Positions 1 through 8,824 are shown, numbered from the stretch's first letter. The stretch is 64,000 nt of DNA from Actinomycetota bacterium (GCA_027315345.1 DAHUYE010000082.1:39919-103918); one strand, 5' to 3'. Notes: generated from the sequence alone by a model not told the origin. A program made the numbers and translations.

Positions 1-1
1 C

Positions 2-1936
2 ACCTACGCCGTCGGCAAATGGCATCTCACCCCCGACGACGAGACCAACATGGCGGCCTCCCGCGCCAGCTGGCCTCTCGGGCGCGGCTTCGACCGGTGG
101 TACGGCTTCCACGGGGGTGAGACGCATCAATTCGTCCCCGCCCTCTACCACGACAACCATTCCGTGCGGCCGCCCAAGGAACTGGAGGACGGTTACCACC
201 TGACCGAGGATCTGGTCGACCGGGTTGTGACCTTCGTTTCCGACCTGCGGGCGGTGGATCAAGACCGGCCCTTCTTCCTGTACTTCGCCACCGGCGCCTG
301 TCACTCACCTCATCAGGCCCCGGCCCAGTGGATCGAGCGCTACGCCGGCGCCTTCGACGCCGGCTGGGACGTCATGCGCGATTCCATCCACCGCCGTCAG
401 CTGGCCTCGGGCATCATTCCGGCCGGTACGGCCCTGTCGCCCCGGCCGGCCTGGGTCAGCGCCTGGGACGACCTGGATCCGGATGGACGCCGGCTGGCAG
501 CGCGGTTCATGGAGTGCTTCGCCGGATTCCTGTCCCACACCGATGACCAGATCGGCCGGCTGCTGTCCTTCCTCGATGACCTGGGCGAATGGGATGACAC
601 CGTGGTCATCCTGGTGTCGGACAACGGGGCCAGCGCCGAGGGGGGCGCCGAGGGATCGATCAACGACATCCGCATGCAGAACCTCGACTTCCCCAGCCGG
701 GACGAGATGGTCTCCCGCCTGGCCGACATCGGCGGTCCCGACACCCACAACAACTATCCGTGGGGCTGGACCATGGCCGGTAACACCCCCTTCAAACGCT
801 GGAAGCGGGAGGTGCACGAGGGCGGGGTGGCCGATCCCTGCATCATCAGCTGGCCGGCCCGCCTGTCCGGCGGTGGGGCCGGCGGAGTCGCCGGGGCCAT
901 TCGCCACCAGTACGCCCACGCCATCGACGTGGTGCCCACCGTGCTCGAGTTGATCGGGCTGTCCCCGCCCGAGGTCCTCGACCACGTTCCCCAGACCCAC
1001 CTGGACGGGACCAGCTTCGCCTACCTGCTCCGGCCCGGGGCCGAGGCCGAGCCGGGCCGCCATCTGACCCAGTACTTCGAGATGTTCGGGTCCCGGGCCA
1101 TCTACCACGACGGCTGGAAAGCGGTCACCTTCCATCCCGTCGGTCCCATCTACGGGGATGGCCTGGACCCCAACGCCTCCTTCGACGACGACCGCTGGGA
1201 GCTGTACCACGTGGCCGAGGACCTCTCCGAGACCCGGGACCTGGCCGAATCCGAGCCGGAACGGGTCCGTCAGATGGTCGAGCTGTGGTGGTCCGAAGCC
1301 GAGGCCAACCAGGTCCTCCCCCTCGATAACCGGGTGCTGTGGGCGCTGGTCCATCCCCGCCCGGACCGGCGGGGCCAACTGGACGAGGCCCGCTATTTCC
1401 CGGGTGGAGCCCAGGTGCCCGAGCAGATGGCCGTCAGCGTCCGCAACCGGTCCCACCGCCTCCGGGTCGTCCTGGAGTTGGAGGCCGGCCTGATCCCGGA
1501 GGGGGCTCTGTTGGCCCAGGGCCTGAGCCTCGGGGGCTGGTCGTTCCACCTTCTCGACGGCCGTCTGCGCTACGTGCACAACCTCTACGGCAAGGAGCAC
1601 TACGTGGTCGAGGCCGGCCTCCCGGCGGGGACGGCCGGGCGGCACACGGCCGAGATGGTCTTCGACAAGGATCCGGGCGGGCCGGGAGGCCGGGCCGAGC
1701 TCTGGTGGGACGGAGCGTCGCTGGCCGGCGCCGAGATCCCCGTCTTCACGCCGTCCAAGTTCAATGGGGTCGGAGTCGGCCTCACCTGCGGCTACGAGTG
1801 GGGCCCGGCCATCGGGCCCGGCTACCGGGCGCCGTTCCCCTTCAACGGGAAGATCCTGGAGGCGGTGGTGTCCGCCACCGGACCGGTCCACCGTGACCCC
1901 CTGGCCGAGCTGGAGGCCATCCTGTCCGAGCAGTAG
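2..1936 (+). CDS. Arylsulfatase-family sulfatase, 5' end truncated by window edge
   Basis: The frame is open from nt 2 (TYAVGKWHLTPDDE precedes the ORF-track Met at 50). Family-type motifs: GKWHL, ILVSDNGASAEGG, FKRWKREVHEGGVADPCIISWP. The CxPxR active-site motif would lie upstream of the window. Confidence 0.85.
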   Translation, partial: TYAVGKWHLTPDDETNMAASRASWPLGRGFDRWYGFHGGETHQFVPALYHDNHSVRPPKELEDGYHLTEDLVDRVVTFVSDLRAVDQDRPFFLYFATGACHSPHQAPAQWIERYAGAFDAGWDVMRDSIHRRQLASGIIPAGTALSPRPAWVSAWDDLDPDGRRLAARFMECFAGFLSHTDDQIGRLLSFLDDLGEWDDTVVILVSDNGASAEGGAEGSINDIRMQNLDFPSRDEMVSRLADIGGPDTHNNYPWGWTMAGNTPFKRWKREVHEGGVADPCIISWPARLSGGGAGGVAGAIRHQYAHAIDVVPTVLELIGLSPPEVLDHVPQTHLDGTSFAYLLRPGAEAEPGRHLTQYFEMFGSRAIYHDGWKAVTFHPVGPIYGDGLDPNASFDDDRWELYHVAEDLSETRDLAESEPERVRQMVELWWSEAEANQVLPLDNRVLWALVHPRPDRRGQLDEARYFPGGAQVPEQMAVSVRNRSHRLRVVLELEAGLIPEGALLAQGLSLGGWSFHLLDGRLRYVHNLYGKEHYVVEAGLPAGTAGRHTAEMVFDKDPGGPGGRAELWWDGASLAGAEIPVFTPSKFNGVGVGLTCGYEWGPAIGPGYRAPFPFNGKILEAVVSATGPVHRDPLAELEAILSEQ

Positions 1937-2024
1937 GTCCCGCTGGCCCGGGGCGGCGGCCCCGTCTGGCCGGGCTCCGGCCCGGCCCCCATAAGATGCC
2001 CGGGCTCGTCACAGGAGGTAGGTC

Positions 2025-2942
2025 GTGGGGGAAAACAAGTACGTCAGCTACGAGACGGTGGAGGACGGGCGCATCGCCCGGATCATGCTCAACCGTCCCG
2101 ACGCCCGCAACGCCCAGAACCGGGGCCTCCTGGTGGAGTTGCACGACGCCTTCCTCCAAGCCGAAGCCGACGATGAAGTCCGCGTCGTCATACTCGGCGG
2201 CGTCGGGCCCCTCTTCTCCTCCGGGCACGACATGGGCTCCAAGGAGTCGCTGGCCGAGCGAGAAGCGGGACCGGACCAGCATCCCAGCTTCCAGATCAAC
2301 GGCGGCACCCGCAAGGGGGCCGAGGGGCGCATGCTCCAGGAGTGGCACTACTTCTACGAGAACACCCGCCGCTGGCGGAACCTGCGCAAGATCACCATCG
2401 CCCAGGTGCAGGGCACCGTCTATGCCGCCGGCCTGATGCTGATGTGGGCCTGTGACCTGATCGTGGCCGCCGACAACGTGCGCTTCGCGGATGTGGTCGG
2501 GACCCGGCTGGGGATGTGCGGAGTCGAGTACTTCGCCCACCCGTGGGAGTTCGGCCCCCGCAAGACCAAGGAGCTCATGCTCACCGGGGACTCGCTCGAC
2601 GTGCACGAGGCCCACGCCCTGGGCATGGTGTCCAAGGTCTTCGGTGTGGACGAACTGGCCGAGCGCACCCTGGAGTTCGCCCGGCGCATAGCCGAGCTGC
2701 CCACCATGGCCGCCCTGCTCATCAAGGAGTCGGTGAACCAGACGGTGGACAACATGGGCTTCTACAACGGGCTGCAGGCTTGCTTCACCCTGCACCAGCT
2801 CAACCACGCCCACTGGGCCGAGATCCACGAGAACAAGTATCCGGTGGCTCTGCCCGAGGACGGGATGGACTGGCGCAACGCCCCGCCGGTGGTGCCGGCC
2901 GTCAAGGATCTGGTCCGGGCTCCCGACCCGGTCAAGAAATAG
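2025..2942 (+). CDS. Enoyl-CoA hydratase/isomerase (crotonase) family protein
   Basis: ARIMLNRPDARNAQN, VVILGGVGPLFSSGHD, AQVQGTVYAAGLMLMWACDLIVAAD. GTG start 6 nt after AGGAGG (2013-2018). Confidence 0.85.
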   Translation: MGENKYVSYETVEDGRIARIMLNRPDARNAQNRGLLVELHDAFLQAEADDEVRVVILGGVGPLFSSGHDMGSKESLAEREAGPDQHPSFQINGGTRKGAEGRMLQEWHYFYENTRRWRNLRKITIAQVQGTVYAAGLMLMWACDLIVAADNVRFADVVGTRLGMCGVEYFAHPWEFGPRKTKELMLTGDSLDVHEAHALGMVSKVFGVDELAERTLEFARRIAELPTMAALLIKESVNQTVDNMGFYNGLQACFTLHQLNHAHWAEIHENKYPVALPEDGMDWRNAPPVVPAVKDLVRAPDPVKK

Positions 2943-2964
2943 CCTCTCGGGCCGGGCCCGGCGG

Positions 2965-3744
2965 CTAGCGCATCCGCCAGTGGGGCGGGCGCTTCTCGAA
3001 GAAGGCGTCCCGCGCCTCCTTGGCGTCCTCCAGATTCTGCAATCGGTTGGTGTACTCCTGTTCCAGGCGGTAGCCCTCCTGGAGGGGAAGGCCGTCGACC
3101 CGGTTCATCGACTCCTTGGCCAGGCGCAGGGCCAGCGGGCTCTTGTCCGCCATCCCGGCCGCGATCTGCCGGGCCGCGTCCATCAGCTCGTCCCTGGGGA
3201 CCACCCGGCTGATGACGCCCCGGGCGTGGAGCTCCTCGGCCGTGATCGACCGCCCGCTGAAGAACATCTCCCGGGCCAGATACGGCCCCACCATCCGCAC
3301 CAGGTGGGAACTGGCCCCCAGCAGCCCGACGTTGATTTCCGGAGCGGCGAAGGTCGCCCCCTCCGCCGCCACCAGTACGTCACAGCACGCCGCCCAGGCC
3401 AGACCGCCCCCCAGGGCCGGGCCGTTTATGGCGCCGATGACGGGAACGGCGCAGTCGTAGATGGCCCACATGGCCTGGCGGGGGAGTAGGCCGGGGTCGA
3501 CCAGCTCGGCCGGGCCCGGGTCGGCCGGCGGCTGGGCGTATTCCTTGAGATCGGCGCCGGCTATGAAGGCCCGCTCCCCGGCGGCGGTGAAGATGACCAC
3601 CCTGACCTCACGGTCGTGGCGGAAGGCCTCGAAGGTGTCGCGTACCTCGATGTAAGTGGCGGTGTCGAGGGCGTTGACCGGAGGACGGTCCAGCTGGACC
3701 GTCACCACCCCGCCGTCCCGTTCGACTGTCAGGTAACCCATCAC
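2965..3744 (-). CDS. Enoyl-CoA hydratase/isomerase family protein
   Basis: VTVQLDRPPVNALD, VVIFTAAGERAFIAGADL, VIGAINGPALGGGLAWAACCDVLVAAE, FFEKRPPHW. Start is GTG 3744 or ATG 3741, preceded by AGAGAGGA on the minus strand. Confidence 0.85.
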   Translation of the reverse strand: MMGYLTVERDGGVVTVQLDRPPVNALDTATYIEVRDTFEAFRHDREVRVVIFTAAGERAFIAGADLKEYAQPPADPGPAELVDPGLLPRQAMWAIYDCAVPVIGAINGPALGGGLAWAACCDVLVAAEGATFAAPEINVGLLGASSHLVRMVGPYLAREMFFSGRSITAEELHARGVISRVVPRDELMDAARQIAAGMADKSPLALRLAKESMNRVDGLPLQEGYRLEQEYTNRLQNLEDAKEARDAFFEKRPPHWRMR

Positions 3745-3781
3745 CGGTCCTCTCTGTGACCAGGAAGCTAGCCAGCGTCGC

Positions 3782-3787
3782 TACCAT
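3782..3787 (+). promoter_or_regulatory. Candidate -10 hexamer TACCAT (TANNNT) 8 nt upstream of the GTG at 3796
   Basis: The hexamer matches the actinobacterial -10 consensus TANNNT. The predicted TSS is about 3794, giving a 0-2 nt leader. No SD is visible upstream of 3796. Confidence 0.3.
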
Positions 3788-3795
3788 CCCCGCCC

Positions 3796-4995
3796 GTGCG
3801 CCTCGACCTGACCGAGGACCAGTCCTTCTTCCAGGAGACGGCCCGCCGGTTCCTGGAATCCGAGGCGCCGGTCGGCTACGCCCGCCGGCTCATCGATCAT
3901 CCGACCGGATTCGAACCCGACGTCTACCGACGGGCTGCCGACCTGGGCTGGCTCGCACCGATGGCGCCGGAGGCCTTCGGGGGCGGGAGCGTCTCCGGGC
4001 GGGCCGCCGCCGACGTGGCCATAGTGGCCGAGGAGACGGGCCGGACCCTCTTCCCCGGGCCGGTCCTGGAGTCGAATGTGGCCGCCGCCGCCATCTCCGG
4101 CCTCGGTGGCGATGAGCACAAGGCCGCCTATCTCCCCGACCTCATATCCGGCCGGGCCACGGCCGCCCTGGCCTGGTCCACGGGTGGCGACGGCTGGCCC
4201 GCGCCCGGTGACGTGTCCGGCGCCGGCGTCTCGGCCCAGCCCAGGACCGGGGGCGGCTGGCGCCTCTCCGGGACTGTCCAGCTGGTCCCCTACGGCTCGG
4301 CCGTGGACCTCCTGGTCGTGTCCGCCTCCCTCCCCGGTGGCCCCGGCGGCCTGTTCCTGGTGCCGGCCGGCACGGCCGGCGTCACCTGCCGGCGGATGGA
4401 CACCTTCGATCTCACCCGCTCACTCTCCGCCGTCGAACTGGCTGCCGTTGACCTACCGGCCGGCAGCCGGCTGGGCCAGGGCGAGACCGGGCTCGAGTCC
4501 TTGCTCGTTCTGGCGTGCATCCTGCAGTGCGCCGAGACGGTGGGAGCCATGGAGCGCTGCTTCGAAATGACCCTGGACTACGCCAAGGCCCGCCGCGCCT
4601 TCGGCCGTCCCATCGGCTCCTTCCAGGCCATCAAGCACCGGCTGGCCGACATGGTGTTGTGGTTGGAATGGTCCAAGGCGGCGGTGGAAGCAGCCGTGGT
4701 CGCATGGGACGACAGCCGCGGTGAGAATGGCACCCTCGGTGCCGGGGCGTCGACGAAGTCCGCTGAAGCCGCTGAAGCCGCTGAAGCCGCCAGCGTGGCC
4801 AAATCCGTCATCGGTGAGCACGGCCCGCTGCTCGTGCGCAGCGCTGTGCAGGTACACGGCGGCATCGGCTACACGTGGGAACACGACGTGCATCTCTTCC
4901 TCCGGCGGGTGGAGGCCAATGGCTACCTCTACGGCAGCACCGACTTCCATCGCTCCCGTCTGGCCGGCCTGGTCGGCTTCCCGGCGCCGGCGTGA
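3796..4995 (+). CDS. Acyl-CoA dehydrogenase family protein, beta-type partner subunit
   Basis: LTEDQSFFQETARRFLE N-terminus and VHGGIGYTWEHDVHLFLRR near the C-terminus. Its TGA overlaps the GTG of the next ACAD (GTGA at 4992-4995). Paralogous to 13433..14611. Confidence 0.8.
   Translation: MRLDLTEDQSFFQETARRFLESEAPVGYARRLIDHPTGFEPDVYRRAADLGWLAPMAPEAFGGGSVSGRAAADVAIVAEETGRTLFPGPVLESNVAAAAISGLGGDEHKAAYLPDLISGRATAALAWSTGGDGWPAPGDVSGAGVSAQPRTGGGWRLSGTVQLVPYGSAVDLLVVSASLPGGPGGLFLVPAGTAGVTCRRMDTFDLTRSLSAVELAAVDLPAGSRLGQGETGLESLLVLACILQCAETVGAMERCFEMTLDYAKARRAFGRPIGSFQAIKHRLADMVLWLEWSKAAVEAAVVAWDDSRGENGTLGAGASTKSAEAAEAAEAASVAKSVIGEHGPLLVRSAVQVHGGIGYTWEHDVHLFLRRVEANGYLYGSTDFHRSRLAGLVGFPAPA
4762..4788. 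repeat. Perfect 9-bp tandem repeat (GCTGAAGCC)x3 inside the beta-type ACAD gene
   Basis: Read directly: gctgaagcc gctgaagcc gctgaagcc. It is in frame and encodes AEAAEAAEA. Confidence 0.95.
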
Positions 4996-6233
4996 GCACC
5001 GCCACCCAGGACAGCGCGCCGCTCGCTGACTACCGGCGCCGGGCCCGGGAATGGCTGGCCGCCAACATCGAACCGTTGCCGCGTCGCCCGGACGGAACAG
5101 TCATCGTTCCGGATCGGAGCCGGCCCACTGAGTCTCAGCTGGCCGAGGCCCGCACCCAGCAGCTTGTTCTCCACGCCGCCGGCTGGGCCGGCATCACCTA
5201 CCCGGTGGAGTACGGAGGTCAGGGCCTCAGCCTCGATCACGAGGCGTTGTGGCAGGAGGAGTCGGCCGGCTACGACGTCCCGACCCAGATATTCGCGGTG
5301 TCCCAGCACATTCTGGGTCCGACCATCGTGGCCTTCGGTTCCCACGAACAGAAGCTCAGGCATATCCCCCCCATCCTGGACGGCCGGGAAATCTGGCTAC
5401 AGCTGTTGTCCGAACCCAGCGGCGGTTCGGACCTGGCCGGGTTGCTGACGCGGGCTGACCGCGACGGCCCGAGCTACATCCTGAACGGCCAGAAGACCTG
5501 GAGCACGGGAGCGGCCCATGCCGACTTCGCCCTCTGCCCGGCCCGGACCCGGTGGGACGTACCCAAGCACCGCGGCATCACCATGTTCATCGTCGACATG
5601 CACTCTCCCGGGGTGGAGATCCGCCCCATCCGCCAGATCAACGGCGGGGCCGAGTTCTGCGAGGAGTTCCTCACCGACGTGGCCGTCCCCGCCGAGCGCG
5701 TCCTCGGGGAGGAGAACGAGGGCTGGCGGGTCACCCGGGGCATGCTCGAGATCGAACACGCCTGGGTCGGCCGCAGCGGCGGGGGAGGTACCCGCCGGCC
5801 CACCGGCGTGGCCGAGCTCGTATCCCTGGCCGCCTCCCGCGGTCTGGCCGGTGACCCCGGCGTCCAGCGCCGGGTGGCCGCCCTGCACGCCCTGGCCCGC
5901 ACCCACGACCTCATGTCGGTCCGGGTCTCCAAGGGCATCGAGAGCGGCCGCCTCAGCCCTGGCCTGAGCGGCATTCTCAAGCTGGGCGCCGACATCGTCT
6001 GGCAGCGCCGGGCCGAGCTGGGCCTGGACCTGGCCGGTGCCGCCGCCCTGGCCTGGCCGGCCGGAGATCACCACGGCGAATGGGCCCGCGACTACCTCAC
6101 CAGCCGCTCCGCTTCCATTGCCGGTGGCAGCGACGAAATCCAGCGCAACAACGTCGGCGAGGTGGCTCTGGGCCTGCCCCGGGAGCCCAGCTTCGACCGG
6201 GACGTCCCCTTCAACCAGGTGCCCCACAACTAG
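4992..6233 (+). CDS. Acyl-CoA dehydrogenase, alpha-type subunit
   Basis: ITYPVEYGGQGLSL, IWLQLLSEPSGGSDLAG, LNGQKTWSTGA, IAGGSDEIQRNNVGE. The ORF-track start at 4875 lies inside the previous gene, so I prefer the in-frame GTG at 4992 that overlaps its stop. Confidence 0.85.
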   Translation: MSTATQDSAPLADYRRRAREWLAANIEPLPRRPDGTVIVPDRSRPTESQLAEARTQQLVLHAAGWAGITYPVEYGGQGLSLDHEALWQEESAGYDVPTQIFAVSQHILGPTIVAFGSHEQKLRHIPPILDGREIWLQLLSEPSGGSDLAGLLTRADRDGPSYILNGQKTWSTGAAHADFALCPARTRWDVPKHRGITMFIVDMHSPGVEIRPIRQINGGAEFCEEFLTDVAVPAERVLGEENEGWRVTRGMLEIEHAWVGRSGGGGTRRPTGVAELVSLAASRGLAGDPGVQRRVAALHALARTHDLMSVRVSKGIESGRLSPGLSGILKLGADIVWQRRAELGLDLAGAAALAWPAGDHHGEWARDYLTSRSASIAGGSDEIQRNNVGEVALGLPREPSFDRDVPFNQVPHN

Positions 6234-6270
6234 CGGGCCCACGGCCACCCAGGGCGCCGCCGGATGGGGC

Positions 6271-6382
6271 ATGCAACTTGAACGGACACCTGCGGATCGC
6301 GCCTTTTGTCTTCTAGTGGTGAACGAAAATTCGCCACCAGTCGACAAAGTTCAAAATCAGAGGGTGTCCGTTCAAGTTGCAT
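6271..6382. repeat. 112-nt imperfect palindrome with 20-bp perfect terminal inverted repeats (MITE-like element, structured RNA or bidirectional terminator; function unknown)
   Basis: ATGCAACTTGAACGGACACC at 6271-6290 is the exact reverse complement of 6363-6382. Inner segments also pair (TTTGTC/GACAAA, TGGTG/CACCA). The interior is clearly GC-poorer than its surroundings. Confidence 0.6.
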
Positions 6383-6466
6383 CCCTCATTCCGCGCCACC
6401 CTGGGTGGTGAGCTGTGGCCCATCGTGACCGACCGTGGTCCCGGCGCGCTCCGAGGGGCGCTCAGG

Positions 6467-7558
6467 TCAGGTGAGGGCGTCGATTAGGCCCCAGTCGAGG
6501 GCTTGAGCCGCATTCAGGGGCCGGCCGCTGAGGGCCAGCCACACCAGCCGGTGCCGTCCGACCCGGGCCAGGATGCTGGCCGTCCCGCCCGCACCGGGGA
6601 TGAGGCCCATGCCGACCTCCGGGAGCCGGAACCAGGCATCGGCGGCGGCTTCCACCCGGGGGCAGAAGGCGGGTAACTCGATGCCGGCGCCGATACAGGC
6701 ACCGTGCAGGCGGGCGGTGACGGGCAGACTGGCCAGAAGGGGACCGGGGCTGCGGGCGGCGCGTATGGCGTGGGCCATGACCGGGTCCTCGGCGGCTCCG
6801 AACCAGCTGAGGTCCCCGCCGCTGCAGAAGTCGGGGCCGGCCCCGGCCAGGACGACCGAGGAGAGGCCGGGGTGGGCGGCCGCAGCCCGGAGTGCATCGA
6901 CCAGGGCGTCGCGCATGGCCGGGTCGTAGGCGTTGCGGACTTGGGGCCGGCTCAAAGTGACGGTGACCCTGTCCCCGTCCTTGTTCCAATCCACCTGGAC
7001 GGGGCCGGGGGAAGGACGGGGCGGGGTCGGCGGATGGGCGGATCGCCAGGCTCGGAACTCGACGCCGGCCAAGAGCATGGAGTAGGCGGCCGATTCGATG
7101 GCGACCCCGTCGGTGAGGGGCCGCCCCTCGTTCAAACGGGCCACGTGGGTGAGGACGGTGGAGGCGAGGGGAGTCGCTTCGCAGGCGTCCACCAGGGCCT
7201 GGGCCGCCGCGGCCGGATCCGGGACCGACACCCATCCGGGCAAAGCGCTGCCCGAGCACAAGGCGACATCCAGAACGGCAGGAGCGGGGCGGCCGGGCGG
7301 AGTGTCAGCCACGCCGATGAGAACGCGGCCGGTGGCGGTGGCGGTGGCGGTGGCGGTGGCGGTGGCGGTGGCGGTGGCGGTTCCGGTCAGCCGGTTCAGG
7401 TCAGCGGTACCGGAGATGTCGACCACTACGGCCGGGTTGGCGCCGTCGGTCAGGGGGGCCTCACGCCACTCGAGGTCGAAGAGCAGCTCGAGAAGCTGCG
7501 CCGCTGGCACGACCTCGGGGTGAGGAGAGGCCGGCATCGGCGGATGATAGGCAGACAC
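6467..7558 (-). CDS. Atypical enoyl-CoA hydratase-like protein with a ~170-aa N-terminal extension containing (Thr-Ala)8
   Basis: The C-terminal half has crotonase motifs: VTVTLSRPQVRNAYD, VVLAGAGPDFCSGGDL, RLHGACIGAGIELPAFC, LPEVGMGLIPGAGGT. I do not recognise the N-terminal half. GTG start at 7558. Confidence 0.7.
   Translation of the reverse strand: MSAYHPPMPASPHPEVVPAAQLLELLFDLEWREAPLTDGANPAVVVDISGTADLNRLTGTATATATATATATATATGRVLIGVADTPPGRPAPAVLDVALCSGSALPGWVSVPDPAAAAQALVDACEATPLASTVLTHVARLNEGRPLTDGVAIESAAYSMLLAGVEFRAWRSAHPPTPPRPSPGPVQVDWNKDGDRVTVTLSRPQVRNAYDPAMRDALVDALRAAAAHPGLSSVVLAGAGPDFCSGGDLSWFGAAEDPVMAHAIRAARSPGPLLASLPVTARLHGACIGAGIELPAFCPRVEAAADAWFRLPEVGMGLIPGAGGTASILARVGRHRLVWLALSGRPLNAAQALDWGLIDALT
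7331..7381. repeat. Perfect hexanucleotide microsatellite (GGTGGC)x8.5, coding (Thr-Ala)8 on the minus strand
   Basis: Read directly from 7331-7381. It is in frame within CDS 6467..7558. Confidence 0.95.
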
Positions 7559-7573
7559 CTCGATTCGGCTGCC

Positions 7574-7579
7574 TATGCT
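7574..7579 (+). promoter_or_regulatory. Candidate -10 hexamer TATGCT upstream of the ferredoxin GTG (7588)
   Basis: TANNNT match. There are 8 nt to the GTG, so the predicted leader is 0-2 nt. Only 29 bp separate the divergent start codons 7558 and 7588. Confidence 0.3.
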
Positions 7580-7587
7580 CCCCGGCC

Positions 7588-7782
7588 GTGAAGGTACGCA
7601 TCGATGAGGATCTGTGTGCGGGGCACGGGCGCTGCTACACCCTGGCGCCGGGTGTCTTCGACTGCGATGACCGGGGCCAGGGGTCGGTAATTTCCGAAGA
7701 CGTGCCCGAGGGCCTCCGGGCCCAGGCTGAGCTGGGAGCCCAGAACTGTCCGGAGCGGGCCATCATCATCACCGAGAACTGA
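7588..7782 (+). CDS. Small ferredoxin, 3Fe-4S type (CxxHxxC...CP)
   Basis: 64 aa: KVRIDEDLCAGHGRCYTLAP ... NCPERAIII. This is the pattern of actinobacterial P450-partner ferredoxins. Confidence 0.85.
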   Translation: MKVRIDEDLCAGHGRCYTLAPGVFDCDDRGQGSVISEDVPEGLRAQAELGAQNCPERAIIITEN

Positions 7783-8653
7783 CGAAGTCGTTGATGAGGC
7801 GGGCCAGGGTGACGGGGTCATCGCCCTGGACGCTGTGGCCGGCCTCGGCGACGTGTTCGACCCGGGCCCCGGGGTTGCGCCGGCGCAGTTCGGCTTCGTC
7901 CTCATCGCCCACTACCGATTGGGGCCTCATGCCGCGGACCAACATCAGCGGTACGGCGAGGCCGGAGACGACCTCCCACAGCTTGGCCGCCCGCTCAGCC
8001 ATGTCGACGGGCGGGGCGGCTACGTCCGATTGACGGTGCCGGGCGTGGCGCCAGACCCAGCTGCCGTCGTCGAGCTGCTGGGCGTTGTGCAGGATGCCGC
8101 GCCGCAGGGATGACTCGGTGCGGGTGGGGTTGAACTGGACGGTGCGGGCCAGGATGGCGTCGAAGTCGGGGAAGGTCTCCGGTCCGTTGACGAAATCGGT
8201 GATGGCCCGGGACCGCTCCCGGCTGAACCCGGGCGTGATGTCCACCAGGATCAGGGCCCGGACCAGTTCGGGATGACCGCCGGCCAGGGCCAGGCTGGTC
8301 AGTCCGCCCAGGGACATGCCGACCACGGCCCGGGCCCGGGGGGCGAGGGCTCCGATGACGGCGGCCACGTCGGCGGCGTTGTCGTCCAGTCCGAGGGCGC
8401 CGGCCCGGCCGCCGTCGGAGTGGCCGTGACCGGGCAGGTCGATGCACAGGGCGGGGCGGCCCAGGGCCAGGAGCACCGTGTCCCAGGTGTGGGCGTTCTG
8501 GGCCCCTCCGTGCAGGAAGACGATCTCGGGTTCATCCGGGCCCCATACCAGCGAGCTCAGCTGGCGCCCGTCCCCGAGGCCCACGCTCTGGCGCCGCACC
8601 TCGGGGGGCCCGTTCCACTCCAGTCCGAACTCGGCGGCGTTCTCGTGGAACAT
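7769..8653 (-). CDS. Alpha/beta hydrolase fold protein
   Basis: IVFLHGGAQNAHTWD (oxyanion HGG) and VVGMSLGGLT (GxSxG). The ORF track extends to 9070, but that part is Arg/Pro/Gly-rich and overlaps the divergent promoter region. I chose ATG at 8653 (MFHENAAEFGLEW). The start is uncertain. Confidence 0.75.
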   Translation of the reverse strand: MFHENAAEFGLEWNGPPEVRRQSVGLGDGRQLSSLVWGPDEPEIVFLHGGAQNAHTWDTVLLALGRPALCIDLPGHGHSDGGRAGALGLDDNAADVAAVIGALAPRARAVVGMSLGGLTSLALAGGHPELVRALILVDITPGFSRERSRAITDFVNGPETFPDFDAILARTVQFNPTRTESSLRRGILHNAQQLDDGSWVWRHARHRQSDVAAPPVDMAERAAKLWEVVSGLAVPLMLVRGMRPQSVVGDEDEAELRRRNPGARVEHVAEAGHSVQGDDPVTLARLINDFVSSR

Positions 8654-8824
8654 GGAGAACTCGTCGTATGGGATCCGGGGGCGGGCGGTCTGGCTGTCCG
8701 AGGCAGGGGCTTGGTCCACGCCGACACGGTAGGCCGGTCGGGCTCGGAGTGGTCCGGGCCGGCTAGACCGCGGCCCGGGCCCGCCCGTACTGTCCCGGCC
8801 CGACCCCGGACCCGAGGCAGGAAC

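Noticed and set aside
6271-6411. Small ORFs starting MQLERTP on both strands of the palindromic element
   Set aside because: The identical N-termini are a trivial consequence of the inverted repeat. Third-codon positions are AT-rich, unlike native genes. No convincing SD is present.
7331-7381. Possible CRISPR-like or regulatory repeat array
   Set aside because: The units are 6 bp, contiguous and spacerless, and lie in frame inside a CDS. It is a coding microsatellite, not a CRISPR array.
8273-8824. N-terminal 184-codon extension of the ligase ORF (ORF-track start 8273)
   Set aside because: It overlaps the alpha/beta hydrolase gene on the other strand and is Gly/Ala/Pro-rich. Ligase homology begins only after the GTG at 8825.
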